Origin: Podarcis gaigeae
Lineage: Eukaryota
Length of the DNA: 64,000 nucleotides
NCBI GenBank assembly: GCA_964106915.2
Contig: OZ066918.1
Reading direction: 5' to 3' (one strand)
In this document: piece after piece, positions 1 through 10,160 of the stretch
How positions within the stretch are numbered: position 1 is the first letter of the stretch
How the letters are laid out: each line of letters starts with the position of its first letter
Notes under the pieces: model-generated
Database searches by the model: none
Told to the model about the DNA's origin: nothing
Seen by the model: only the letters and a program-made list of their open reading frames with translations
Position numbers and translations under genes: made by a program

Positions 1-37
1 CCCCTTGTTTTCATGTAGGGTTGTCATCAAAAAGCAT

Positions 38-493
38 GGGACACAAGTGGTGCTGTGATCTAAACACTGAGCCTCTTGGGCTTACCGATCAGAAGGTCGG
101 CGGTTCGAATCCCCATGATGGAGTGAGCTCCTGTTGCTCTGTCCCAGCTCTTGCCAACCTAGCAGTTTGAAAGTATACCAGTGCAAGTAGATAAATACGT
201 ACCGCTGCGGCAGGAAGGTAAATGGTTTTCCCCGGCACTGTAGTGTCTGTCACAGTGTTCCGTTGCGCCAGAAACTGTTTAGTCATGCTGGCGACATGAC
301 CCAGAAAGCTGTCTGTGGACATACGCCGCAAACCCATAGTCACCTTTGACCAGACTTAACCATCCAGGTTAAGTCCCTAAGAAGACAGAAGTGCCTGGCA
401 TGCTCTGGTCCATGGGGTCACAAAGAGTCGGACACGACTAAACAACTAAACAACAACAAACCATCCAGGGGTCCTTTACCTTTACCTTTTACC
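38..493 (+). mobile_element. Sauria SINE (tRNA-derived head, BovB-related tail), interrupted by a BovB fragment
   Basis: Head GGGACACAAGTGGTGCTGTG with B-box GGTTCGAATCC, (CCTTTA)n tail; flanking direct repeat TCATCAAAAA at 24-33 and 494-503; homologous to copies at 35.8, 37.0 and 39.2 kb. Confidence 0.9.
369..458 (+). mobile_element. BovB LINE extreme 3' end nested in the Sauria SINE
   Basis: GAAGACAGAAGTGCCTGGCATGCTCTGGTCCATGGGGTCACAAAGAGTCGGACACGACTAAAC(AAC)n matches the BovB ends at 43.4, 47.0 and 63.3 kb; TSD AACCATCCAGG at 358-368 and 459-469. Confidence 0.9.
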
Positions 494-648
494 TCATCAA
501 AAAAAATTCAAGGAATTTCAAATGGGGCAGTACCATCCCAATACTTGCTGAAGCTTACCGAGGGCTGTGCAGCTGCACCAGTGCAGCACTTCTGGAACAG
601 CTGTCAGTTCATCCCCTAAGCCCTATTCTCATTGCTACCCACTGCACT

Positions 649-728
649 ACTCTCACTACAGTGGCATCACTGCAGCTCACCTGTATGGGGATACAGGTGA
701 GCTGCAGTGATGCCACTGTAGTGAGAGT
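649..728. repeat. Perfect 38-bp inverted repeat with 4-nt loop (GGGG)
   Basis: 649-686 ACTCTCACTACAGTGGCATCACTGCAGCTCACCTGTAT is the exact reverse complement of 691-728. Confidence 0.97.
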
Positions 729-2695
729 GGATCCACCCTACCACATCAGCCACTGCTGCTTAGATTGGCTAGTCCTGGTACAGACATTCAGAGGCTGGTC
801 CTGTGCAAATGCTTGGTCATCAGAGCAGGACCCTTGGCTTACTCCATTCTTGCTTCCTCTCCCCTTCCCTCTGAAGCCTTTTGGGTCTAGATATGGGGAA
901 AGCTAGCCATAGCCATGACAGGTACTAGAATGTGGGAAGGCTGACATATCTATAGAAAATAACAGAATTTGCATGTTGCTTGTGTAATGTTTCTTTCTCT
1001 TTTTTTCCTCCCTGTTTCCCACTCCTGTAATTCCATGGATAAAAGCATTTTAAACATTTAGGGTCTTCATTCTCAAACCTCATTGGAGAGAAAAAAGACC
1101 TCAGATTGTAGCATGTCGCAGTGTGCCACCTGCACACAGCCAAAACACACTGCTTGACACAACATCTAATGCTGTGGGCGTAGCTGTTGTTTGCTGCAGG
1201 AGCTGTAAAAATTGAGCATGCCTGACTGGTTGACCGGTTGACTGGGCAGCTGTACAGGGGATGCTGAGAAATTTCCCTTAACAGTCTGGTTACACCTGCT
1301 TTGATTGTAAAGAATTGCAGCATTTCTGCCTCTTAATACAGTGAAGCAGGCGATCCGTGCTTTCCGAGAAGAGTATGGAGACATAAAGAAAATAAATTAA
1401 TCATGTATGATTTTCCATGCTCGCACAGATGTTAAAAGCTTGAACACCACCCTCAGTGCATAACATTTCTGCTTGCTCCCATACAGTATTACCATAAATC
1501 GCTTTACAGCTTGAAATAGAAAGCATGCACAAAATGTAGAAGATCATCTTCTCTGCCCAAACTGGCACTGCCACCTACACTTCATCAAGATTTAAAATAA
1601 GTAAACGTGTGGGGGGGGGAGTCCCCTTTCTGTGAGAAAGATTTGCAGAATTGTGTGGGGAGCCAAAACAGGTTGAAGAAGTCAGGGAAAATTTCTCAGA
1701 GAGGTTCAGCACACCCGACCCATGAATAGCTTTGAATCTCCCAAGATTCCAAGGCAGTTGGATCTTATTCACAAGGGCATGTGCAGCTCTCAGAAACAGA
1801 AACCCAAAGGTGAGAGCTAAGTTAGAGTCCTGCAAAGTATTTCTATAAAGCTAATATGACATGGGGAAGAACCTGCCTTGACATTGTGTATCAGGTGTGG
1901 AAAATCATGGCCCTCTGAATGTTGCTGAACATTAATCAATTCGTTAAAGGATGTTTGGGATCTCAGTGCTTCCAATTCCCAACTTTGCCCCAATATGGTA
2001 TACAACATGGTGTCTATACTGACAACATGGGCCAATGGCCTCTTCCTTGTTATCTGTTCTTTTCTTTTCAAAATTGAATACTGGGATTTGAAGCACAGCT
2101 ATTCTTAGGCAAATTCGAAACACTATGATTCTTTACAAATTGGTCTGTGGCATCTACTCTAGACTAGACTAGACAAGGATCTAGTCTTGATGTACAAGTT
2201 GCCACAACTCAGTTCTTAGCATTTCCAATTTGACGGCCGCAACTGAAATTTACTACATTTGAATTCCTGAGGCAGTTTTAGAGGTCTCTTCTTGGGCAAG
2301 AACATCCAGATAATTTTGAAAGCAGCTAACAGCTTTGATGAAGTGAGAACATTTTCTTGTACTATGTGTATGTGTTGCTTTAACTGTTACTAAATATGTG
2401 CGATTTTGAAGTTATAGGCTGACAGAAATTGGAATGATAAACATTATGAGTACAATTAATGGACCCTGGAGTGCTGACACACTCAATAGCTGCACAATTA
2501 TCATAAGAGCAGGGAAATTACTTAATAATGGGACCATAGAATATCACTGTGCTATCTCCTGTGCTGCTGTGCAGTTCTGGCATGTGCCACATTAACAAAT
2601 ATAGGCCTTTCTTCTATATCTTACCTGCATAAGATGTGACAGCCAAACTGAAAGCAACTGCCTAGTCCTGCATTGTGACATAGTTCAGAACTGAC

Positions 2696-4775
2696 CTGAT
2701 TAGAAACGTGATTAGAAGGGACCAATTGGTTAAAGGTATACAAGTGGGAGCTAAAAAGTACAAATTGAAAGCATTTGCTGATGATTTGGTATTGACATTA
2801 CAGGAGCCAGAATCTAGTACTAAAAGAGTACTGGAACTGATTCAAGAATTTGGTCAGGTAGCGGGTTTTAAGTTGAACAAGACGAAAACTAAGGTTCTAG
2901 AGAAAAATCTAACAGTGACTGAGAGAGAGGTTTCAGAAGGAGACAGGATTAACACTGGTTAAGAAAGTGAAATACCTAGGGGTTAATATGACTGCCAAGA
3001 ATGTGAATTTATTTAAGGATAAATATGAAAAATGTTGGATGGAAGTGAAAAAGGATTTAGAAATATGGTCAAATCTGAAGCTATCATTGCTAGGCTGAAT
3101 TGCTGTGATAGAAATGAATGTATTGCCAAGGATGCTGTTTTTGTTTCAAACATTGCAAATTTTGGATAAAATGGACTGTTTCAAGAAGTGGCAGAGAGAT
3201 ATTTCTAGATTTGTCTGGCAGGGCAAGAAGCCTCAAATAAAATTTAAGATATTAACTGATGCTAAAGAAAGAGGTGGATTTGCCCTGCCAGACCTTAAAC
3301 TTTATTATGAATCAGCCTCTTTTTGCTGGCTGAGAGAATGGCTGCTTCTTGAAAACACTGATGTGTTGGACTTAGAAGGTTTTAACAATGTATTTGGTTG
3401 GCATGCATATTTGTGGTATGATAAGGTCAAAGCACATAAAGCGTTTAAAAACCATATTGTCAGAAAAGCACTGTTTAATGTCTGGATAAGATATAAGGAC
3501 TTGCTTGAAAGTAAAACCCCAAGGTGGTTGTCACCAATGGAAGCGAAGGCTCAGAAAAAGCTCAATATGGAGGCCAAATGGCCGAAATATTGGGAAATTT
3601 TGGAACAAGAGGGAGACAGATTAAAACTACAGAGTTTTGAAAAATTAAAAAATAGAGTGCGAGACTGGCTCCACTATTATCAAATAATGGAGGCATATAA
3701 TCTGGACAAAAAAAAATGGTTTCCAGGTGGAAAAATCAAAATTGGAAACAGAATTGTTAGATCCCAAAATTAAGAACTTGTCAAGAATGTATAACTTGCT
3801 GTTGAAATGGAACACTCAGGATGAAACGGTGAAATCAGCTATGGTTAAATGGGCACAAGATGTTGGTCATAACATTATGATGGCTGACTGGGAACAGTTA
3901 TGGACCACAGGTATGAAGTTTACGGCATGTAATGCCTTAAGAGAGAATATAATGAAAATGATCTACAGGTGGTGCATGACACCTGTCAAGCTTGCAAAAA
4001 TTTATCATTTGCCCGATAATAAATGTTGGAAATGTAAAGAGACTGAAGGTACATTCTTTCACCTTTGGTGGTCATGCCCAAGAATTAACACTTTCTGGGA
4101 GAAACCAGAGGCCTTTCTCCTGGGCATGGTCGGCCAATTGGTGCCAAAGAAGGATAGAACTTTCTTTATGTATGCTACAACAGCAGCAAGAATACTTATT
4201 GCAAAGTACTGGAAGACACAAGATCTACCCACCCGGAAAGAATGGCAGATGAAGTTGATGGACTACATGGAACTGGCGGAAATGACTGGCAGAATCCGAG
4301 ACCAGGGAGAAGAGTCGGTGGAGGAAGGTTGGAAGAAATTTAAAGATTATTTACAGAAACATTGTAAAATTAATGAATGTTAGAAGGATGTTGGAATGAA
4401 GTTATGTGGTTTTAGCAGAAATGTTATAAAGGATTAAGTAGAAATAGACTGTTAATTGGTGAAAGGAGGGAAAGTAAAGTTAGATTATATCAAGATAAAT
4501 TACAGGACAAAAACTGGGAAAGATGGAAAGGATTTGCTGAAATAGCTAACCGAACTAGAATACAAAAAAGGGAGGTGTGAGGAGGTCAAGGAAACAAGCA
4601 AATGAAAGATAAATTATGGGAATGTTCGTTGTGTTTTTAATTGTTTCTATTTCTCTGTTTGTTTGTTTTTTCCTTATTGTGATGTGTTGTTTTGTTTTGT
4701 TTTTGCTTAATTTGGTGCCTTTTTTTCTTTTTGTAACCCTTAAAATTTTAATAAATATTATTTTTTTAAAAAAAA
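2696..4775 (+). mobile_element. 5'-truncated L1-clade LINE (ORF2 RT C-terminal half, Cys-rich domain, 3' UTR, polyA)
   Basis: RT motif AFADD; GGFALPDLKLYY; CWKC-x8-H-x4-C knuckle; AATAAA at about 4750 then A-tail; TSD CAGAACTGAC at 2686-2695 and 4776-4785. Confidence 0.93.
2708..4383 (+). pseudogene. Disrupted L1 ORF2 (reverse transcriptase) pieces: 2708-2962, 3105-3773, 3727-4383
   Basis: Three ORF-track segments are collinear parts of one LINE ORF2, broken by frameshifts (near 2925 and in the A-run at about 3710), a TGA at about 3096 and a deletion near 4100. Confidence 0.9.
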
Positions 4776-4880
4776 CAGAACTGACAGTGTAATGAGGCAG
4801 AATGAGGCAGCTGGAAAGGCTACAGCTGTTGGGGAGTAGAGAGTAGGGGGCTCTGAAAGAGAGCCCAAATTTTACTTATA

Positions 4881-5156
4881 CAGTGGACGCGCGGGTTGCG
4901 AACGTGATCCGTGCAGGATGCACATTCACAACCCGCAACATCCGTAACCTGCAGCGTCTGCAACCTGCAGCGGTGCATCTGCGCACGCGCAGGTTGCGAT
5001 TCGGCGCTTTTGCGCATGCACAAAGCGCAATTTAGCATTTCTGCACATGCGCGACCACCAAAACCCGGAAGTAACCCGTTCCAGTACTTCCGGGTTTTAG
5101 CAGTCCGTAACCCGAAAAAACACAACCTGAAACGTCTGTAACCCGGGGTATGACTG
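4881..5156. mobile_element. Tc1/mariner Tigger-like MITE
   Basis: TA-flanked, CAGT...ACTG termini with imperfect TIRs (CGGGTTGCGAACG / CGTCTGTAACCCG), CpG-rich internal palindromes. Confidence 0.8.
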
Positions 5157-5209
5157 TAATTTACTTATTTGATTTTGCGTGTTATATGTCGGGGCAGATT
5201 TACACACAC

Positions 5210-5331
5210 AAAAGGGAAGCCTTTTTAATGTATATTATTATGTTTTTATATATGTTGCAAGCCGCCCAGAGTGCCTGCGACAACCCAGTCAGATGGAAAG
5301 GGTACAAATAATAAAATGATGATTATTATTA
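5210..5331 (+). mobile_element. L2 LINE 3' tail
   Basis: AAGCCGCCCAGAGTG...CAGATGG..GGGTACAAATAATAAA matches the tail of the L2 copy at 15.8 kb. Confidence 0.75.
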
Positions 5332-5344
5332 AGTTTCATGGTAC

Positions 5345-5480
5345 CATAGAATTGTAGAGTTGGAAGGGACCCTGAGGATCATCTAGTCCAACCCCCTGCA
5401 ATGCAGGAATATGCAGCTGTCACATACGGGGATCAAACCTGCAATCTTGCAGCTATCAGCCCCAATTGAGCTATCCAGGC
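5345..5480 (-). mobile_element. Short SINE: tRNA(Ile)-like head fused to CR1-type 3' tail
   Basis: Minus strand starts GCCTGGATAGCTCAATTGG, has GGTTTGATCCCCGTATG (B-box-like) and ends CTCTACAATTCTATG (CR1 terminal motif). Confidence 0.7.
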
Positions 5481-6494
5481 TCTCAAGCAAAATGGTGCAA
5501 GCAAATGATACTTTAAGAATCCTTTTGAGTGCCTGCAGCCTAAATGGCTTTATAGGACTTTCTAGGTTTCTTAAGATACAAATACAAAAAACCTCAACAA
5601 CAATACGTGTTTGTAGCAATGGTTAGCAAACAGGCATGGCGTTTGGCAATGGGTTCCACAGCATGTCTAAAATGGAAAAATGAGGTGGCCTTGATGGACC
5701 CCCTGAGGCAAGCTATTTACTTATCAGTGTTACAGGTCTTCTCATCCTGCCTGCTCCCAACAAATAGCATTCTGTGGCTGCTGAGTATGCTCAGTCCTCA
5801 GGGTTTCCTTTCCTTCTCTTGGGTTTTGAAGAAGTTTATTTGTTTCTACATCTGTGAACCTTAGGGCTCCCCTAAATCTGTTGATACCTCCCTCTTGTGC
5901 ATAGATGTTGCCAGTTTGACTGCTCGATGATCAGCCCTCGAGAGAATGAATTCCCTATGAGTGTCTATGCAATGGAGCCCGGTTTTTAAAAATTCCTCAC
6001 ACTAGCTACATCTCAGGAAGATCTTATAGGAAAGCCAGGCCTTCTGCCGAGATCCTGAAGCACAAAAACAGGAGTCCATAGAACCAGCCAAGTATGTGAA
6101 CACACTGGTATTTATTGTGATAAATGTTGTTTATGTACACACTCCCAGGAAATGAACTGAGACTACAGCTTGCTCAGTCGCATTTTTAACAGTGGAGAAT
6201 CTGAACAATCATCAGGCTAAAAGGTATATGGAGATTAATAGGGTTCATTTTTCTTAAGAAAGATTGTATTTATTAAACCATTATAGGAATTTAGGTGGAG
6301 ATAACCTGTGTGAGAATTCAGATTAATGTTTTGGCAATGAATAATCAACTGTGGATGTACCAAACTCCAGAGAAAATAAAATCGTTGAAGGCTGGTGTGA
6401 GGGCTATTTGATCTTAGAATGAGCACACAGGTTAGTCAAGAGCACCTCTGCATGCTATTCTTATAAAGCAGCATAATCAAGGGACAATGAGGCT

Positions 6495-6652
6495 AACAGG
6501 AGCCAACTCCTCCAATAAAATATTTGAAGGGGCTGCCCCCAGCTGATGGGCATTGCTATTCAAATGGTGTTCGTGCAGCACATCATGTGATCAGTTATGT
6601 GGGTTGGGGATTACTTGCCCCCCCCCAATATTTTATTCAAGTTGGCACCCTG
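6495..6652. mobile_element. hAT-type MITE
   Basis: TIR-like ends CAGGAGCCAACT / AGTTGGCACCCTG; 8-bp TSD ATGAGGCT / ATGAGCCT; shares CCCCCCCAATATTTT with the MITE at 23.3 kb. Confidence 0.7.
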
Positions 6653-7942
6653 ATGAGCCTGCACAATTGCCCTTCCCCCAAGGGCACATGGCTTCCCTTA
6701 CCTCTGACATCTGTGTTATGTTTTCTCTTCCTCCGTCTCATGCCTCCTCTTCCAACACCAACTTTCTTGCCAGGAAACACTCTTGACAGACACCTCCCAT
6801 TAGCCATTAACATCAGGGGGTGGGAGTCAAGGAAGCAGAAGAGACCTCCTGATGCATTAGCACAGTGTCAGTGGTAGTGAGCTTTGCCTTTGTGATACAG
6901 AGCGCAGGCACCACTGAACATTTTCTGTCGAGATACTTCCATTTTTTACTGAGATAATGTATGTGTCACACTCTGAATGCTCAGCAAATCAGCAAAGAAA
7001 TGCTTACTGTTATCATTAGTAGTGCCAGCTAAAAGCCTGTCAAGTTGAAATGATGGGAGAGGAATGGAGAGCTCCCCATTCTTTCCTTTGCCTGACACCC
7101 AGCCGTCCCATCCATCACAGAGGCCATTTACACTGGGAAAGCAAAGGGCTGGGGCCTGGCATGCTTCCCCCAACCTACAGTTGGTTCCTCAAAATGAATA
7201 TAGCCTACAGACTAGGCCCAGAGGAACTATGGAATGGTTATCCCCTCCAGACTCTGCATTGTCCGCTTCCTGCTTCTTGAAACTAATCCCTGTTTTGTGT
7301 GTGTTGTGGATGACAGAGACACATTGTCCCTCTCTCATAGTCCTGGACTTTAGGATGGAGAAGATGTGTACTGTTTCCATTGCATGTGTTTCCTGGTCAC
7401 CTACTGTCAGGGTTGTGAGTACTCCCCCCACCCCCGTACATACATACACACACACCATAACCAAGAATTGATTTCTCTATGGGAATGAGTGATACCTAAC
7501 ATGTTCACAGCAGAAAGTAAACGGGTCCCTTGGGAACAGAGTGCGGACTAAATCTGCTTCTTGCCCTTGGGGAACACAGCTACTGAGAATCAAGAGAATC
7601 ACGGTTAGGATTTTGATTGTTCGTCACACTAAAGTATAGCACAATATGGCATTAAGGGATGGGGTAGGATATGAGGAGCCACTTTTTTTCATCTATAGGT
7701 TTAATTGAACACAACTGCTTTGGACTCGGACCACCCATGCAGTATGCTTTTCTTTAAGGCAGGGGTGTGAGAACCCTTAGGCTAAATATGGTCCCCAGGT
7801 CCCTTTATCTAGTCCTTGAGAATCTTCCCAGACACACCCTTCCCCAGCTACATCTCCTCTCCTACACCCACTTTGACTGTGTTTTCCACATTGGAATGCA
7901 TCCTTAAACCATGATAATGCCTCTTGCTTGCCCAAATGCAGG

Positions 7943-7980
7943 AGTGTGTGTGTGTGTGTGCACGCACGCACGCACACGCA
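7943..7980. repeat. (TG)n(CACG)n microsatellite
   Basis: Direct reading. Confidence 0.9.
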
Positions 7981-8759
7981 CTCAAGCGCCAAACCCTTTT
8001 TGTGTGCCTAAAATGTACCCTACTATATGAAGGTAAGAAATCCCATCCGTTGCCCCACCCACTTTCTTCTCCAGCTGTGGCCACCACTGGAATATGCACT
8101 CTGGAAAACATTCTGCCAATTAAAATCGGGACAGGCATCTTTCCGTGCTGTGCTTTCTTGTGAGCCAGCTGGGGCTTCCCTGTCCCAGCCCCCTGTTTCT
8201 GTTACGGACAGCAGCTCCCTCAGCAAGCATCACAAGAGCACCTCCAGCTCTTCCTCTTCTCCTTTGTTATTGTCCTCTTCTCCATTGGCTTCTCCTCCTC
8301 TGGTGGGGGCGGCCTGGCCTTCGCCACAACCAGCTCCCCCTCCCTAGGCTGTAAATTGGGTGCCTTCCTTCATGCAAAAGACATGGATCTTTTGGTGCCA
8401 AGCTCTTGTGGGAGAGCTTGGTGCCGAAAATGGGTCATCCAATCAGAAGCTGGAGTGGCTTCTGTAATTCTGAAAGATTTATACAATCTGAGGTGAAACC
8501 AGAGTATGGCTTCTGTAATTCTGGGATTCTGTAATTCTGGTCAAATCGTGTTGACAGGTATGGGATGACTGTGAATGAGAAAATTTGGCCGCTGGACTGA
8601 AAAAAAAAATCCTCATCTGTGTAAGAAACCCATCCACACAAGTTCTTGCCTTCAATGTCTTTTCATTTATATAGATATAGATATTGATTTGTATCTGGAA
8701 GTTCTACTGAGTGGGTGTTTAATCTTACCTATATCCAAGCAGGTGATTCTCATTCAGAA

Positions 8760-9340
8760 AAATCTCCATCGCTGCCAGCATTATTGCTCAACATAAATCA
8801 GAGTGCATTTAGAGTTCTGATAAAAGCATCCAATAAACTTTTCTCTGTATCATAAAATGAGACCTGTTTGACTCCACTCATTGCTAGCGCCACCTTTGGA
8901 ATGAATATTAGTGAAATGGCTATTCCAAGACTTATTAGAAGGGATGGAGATTCATTATTTCTTTTTGCTGTGCTCGTCCTTAACCTGCGCAGCCCATCAA
9001 CACAGCATAATAACAGCAGAAGGAAAAAGTTGAATATTGATATTAGCTTTACCAGCATGTGACAAGCCTGGCATTTGCTTCAATTGGGAGCATCAGTAAA
9101 ATAGACGCCGAAAGATTATAGCACAAATCATGGTTTGCAAGGAGTTTTCAGGGGCAATGTTTCCGTTCCTCTTTGAAACCTTAACAGTTAAGTCAATTTG
9201 GGAAGAAAAGGCAATTATTATTGAATTATTATTGAATATATATGGCATCAAAGTCCAACTTTAGTTTGAGACAGTGTTCACATATTAGCAGCGTGGACAA
9301 ATTGGGTGATCGTCAGCAAGTCACTGTCACTCAGTTGCCC
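8760..9340. promoter_or_regulatory. Candidate conserved non-coding element (enhancer-like)
   Basis: TE-free, non-repetitive block with ATAAATCA (PBX-HOX-like), TGACA and many TAAT/ATTA cores; conservation not testable here. Confidence 0.3.
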
Positions 9341-9799
9341 TCCTATAAAATAAGATGGGGGGGAAACACATTTGTCACACTGTATGACAAAGAGGATTGG
9401 AACATAGAGCGGAGACTGTTCATTGCACTGTGCATTCTGGGCCTTGCATGCAGGTAGCATGATTGGCTCAGCTGCACTGGGCACCAGTACCACAGGGGGC
9501 ACAACAACGATTTAGAACAGAAGCACAGAAAGTGAGGGGTGCCTTAAATCCGCATCTAAATCATACACAGTTCTTTATTCAGGTCAAAACTGATTATAGT
9601 AACCATTGCTGCATGATGATGCCTTATCAGCCTACAAATTCTTTTTTAAAAATTATATATTGGGGATTTCCCCCCCTCTTCTTTTCCTCAATACTGTAGC
9701 CATACTGTTTTCCCATGCAAAGCTGGCTGTTTTTCAAGGATTTTGTATACTTTTCTTCATCAAGTGGTAAACAATTCAGAATAGCTGCACATTGCACTT

Positions 9800-10009
9800 G
9801 ATGTAGTCTTATAAGTGGGAGGTGACAGCTTAGCTGATCTTATCCAGAGTGAAAAGGTTAAATTAAGGAATGATTTATTTGGTCTTTGCCTTCCATTAGC
9901 AATGAATTTATTCATTGAAGAGATGAAAAATCTCCAGTTGTTTATTGTGTGTATATTTTATTTGAAACATGCTCCAAGGCCTGATTTGGTTAAGAATATG
10001 CTAACAATG

Positions 10010-10058
<49 letters not shown>

Positions 10059-10160
10059 AATTAAATTGCAACCACAGAAGTTCATTTTATATCGACTGCC
10101 TTAATAAATCCATTATGCACAGGTTAGTAAACCATGGAGTGATTGTGTTAATGAAAGGGG
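9800..10160. promoter_or_regulatory. Candidate enhancer with MEIS (TGACAG) and PBX-HOX (TGATTTAT) motifs
   Basis: TGACAG at about 9823, TGATTTAT at about 9871, TAATTA and ATAAATC downstream; split by a (CA)n tract. Confidence 0.35.
10012..10055. repeat. (CA)n microsatellite
   Basis: Direct reading. Confidence 0.97.

Noticed and set aside
8027-8354. Ser/Pro-rich ORFs
   Set aside because: Low-complexity pyrimidine-rich DNA explains the composition; no convincing splice structure.
8450-8540. Short direct repeats (TTCTGTAATTCTG) with spacers; also repeats at 18970-19025 and 53172-53215
   Set aside because: Irregular local duplications or internal MITE repeats; not a CRISPR-like array, and the DNA is vertebrate.
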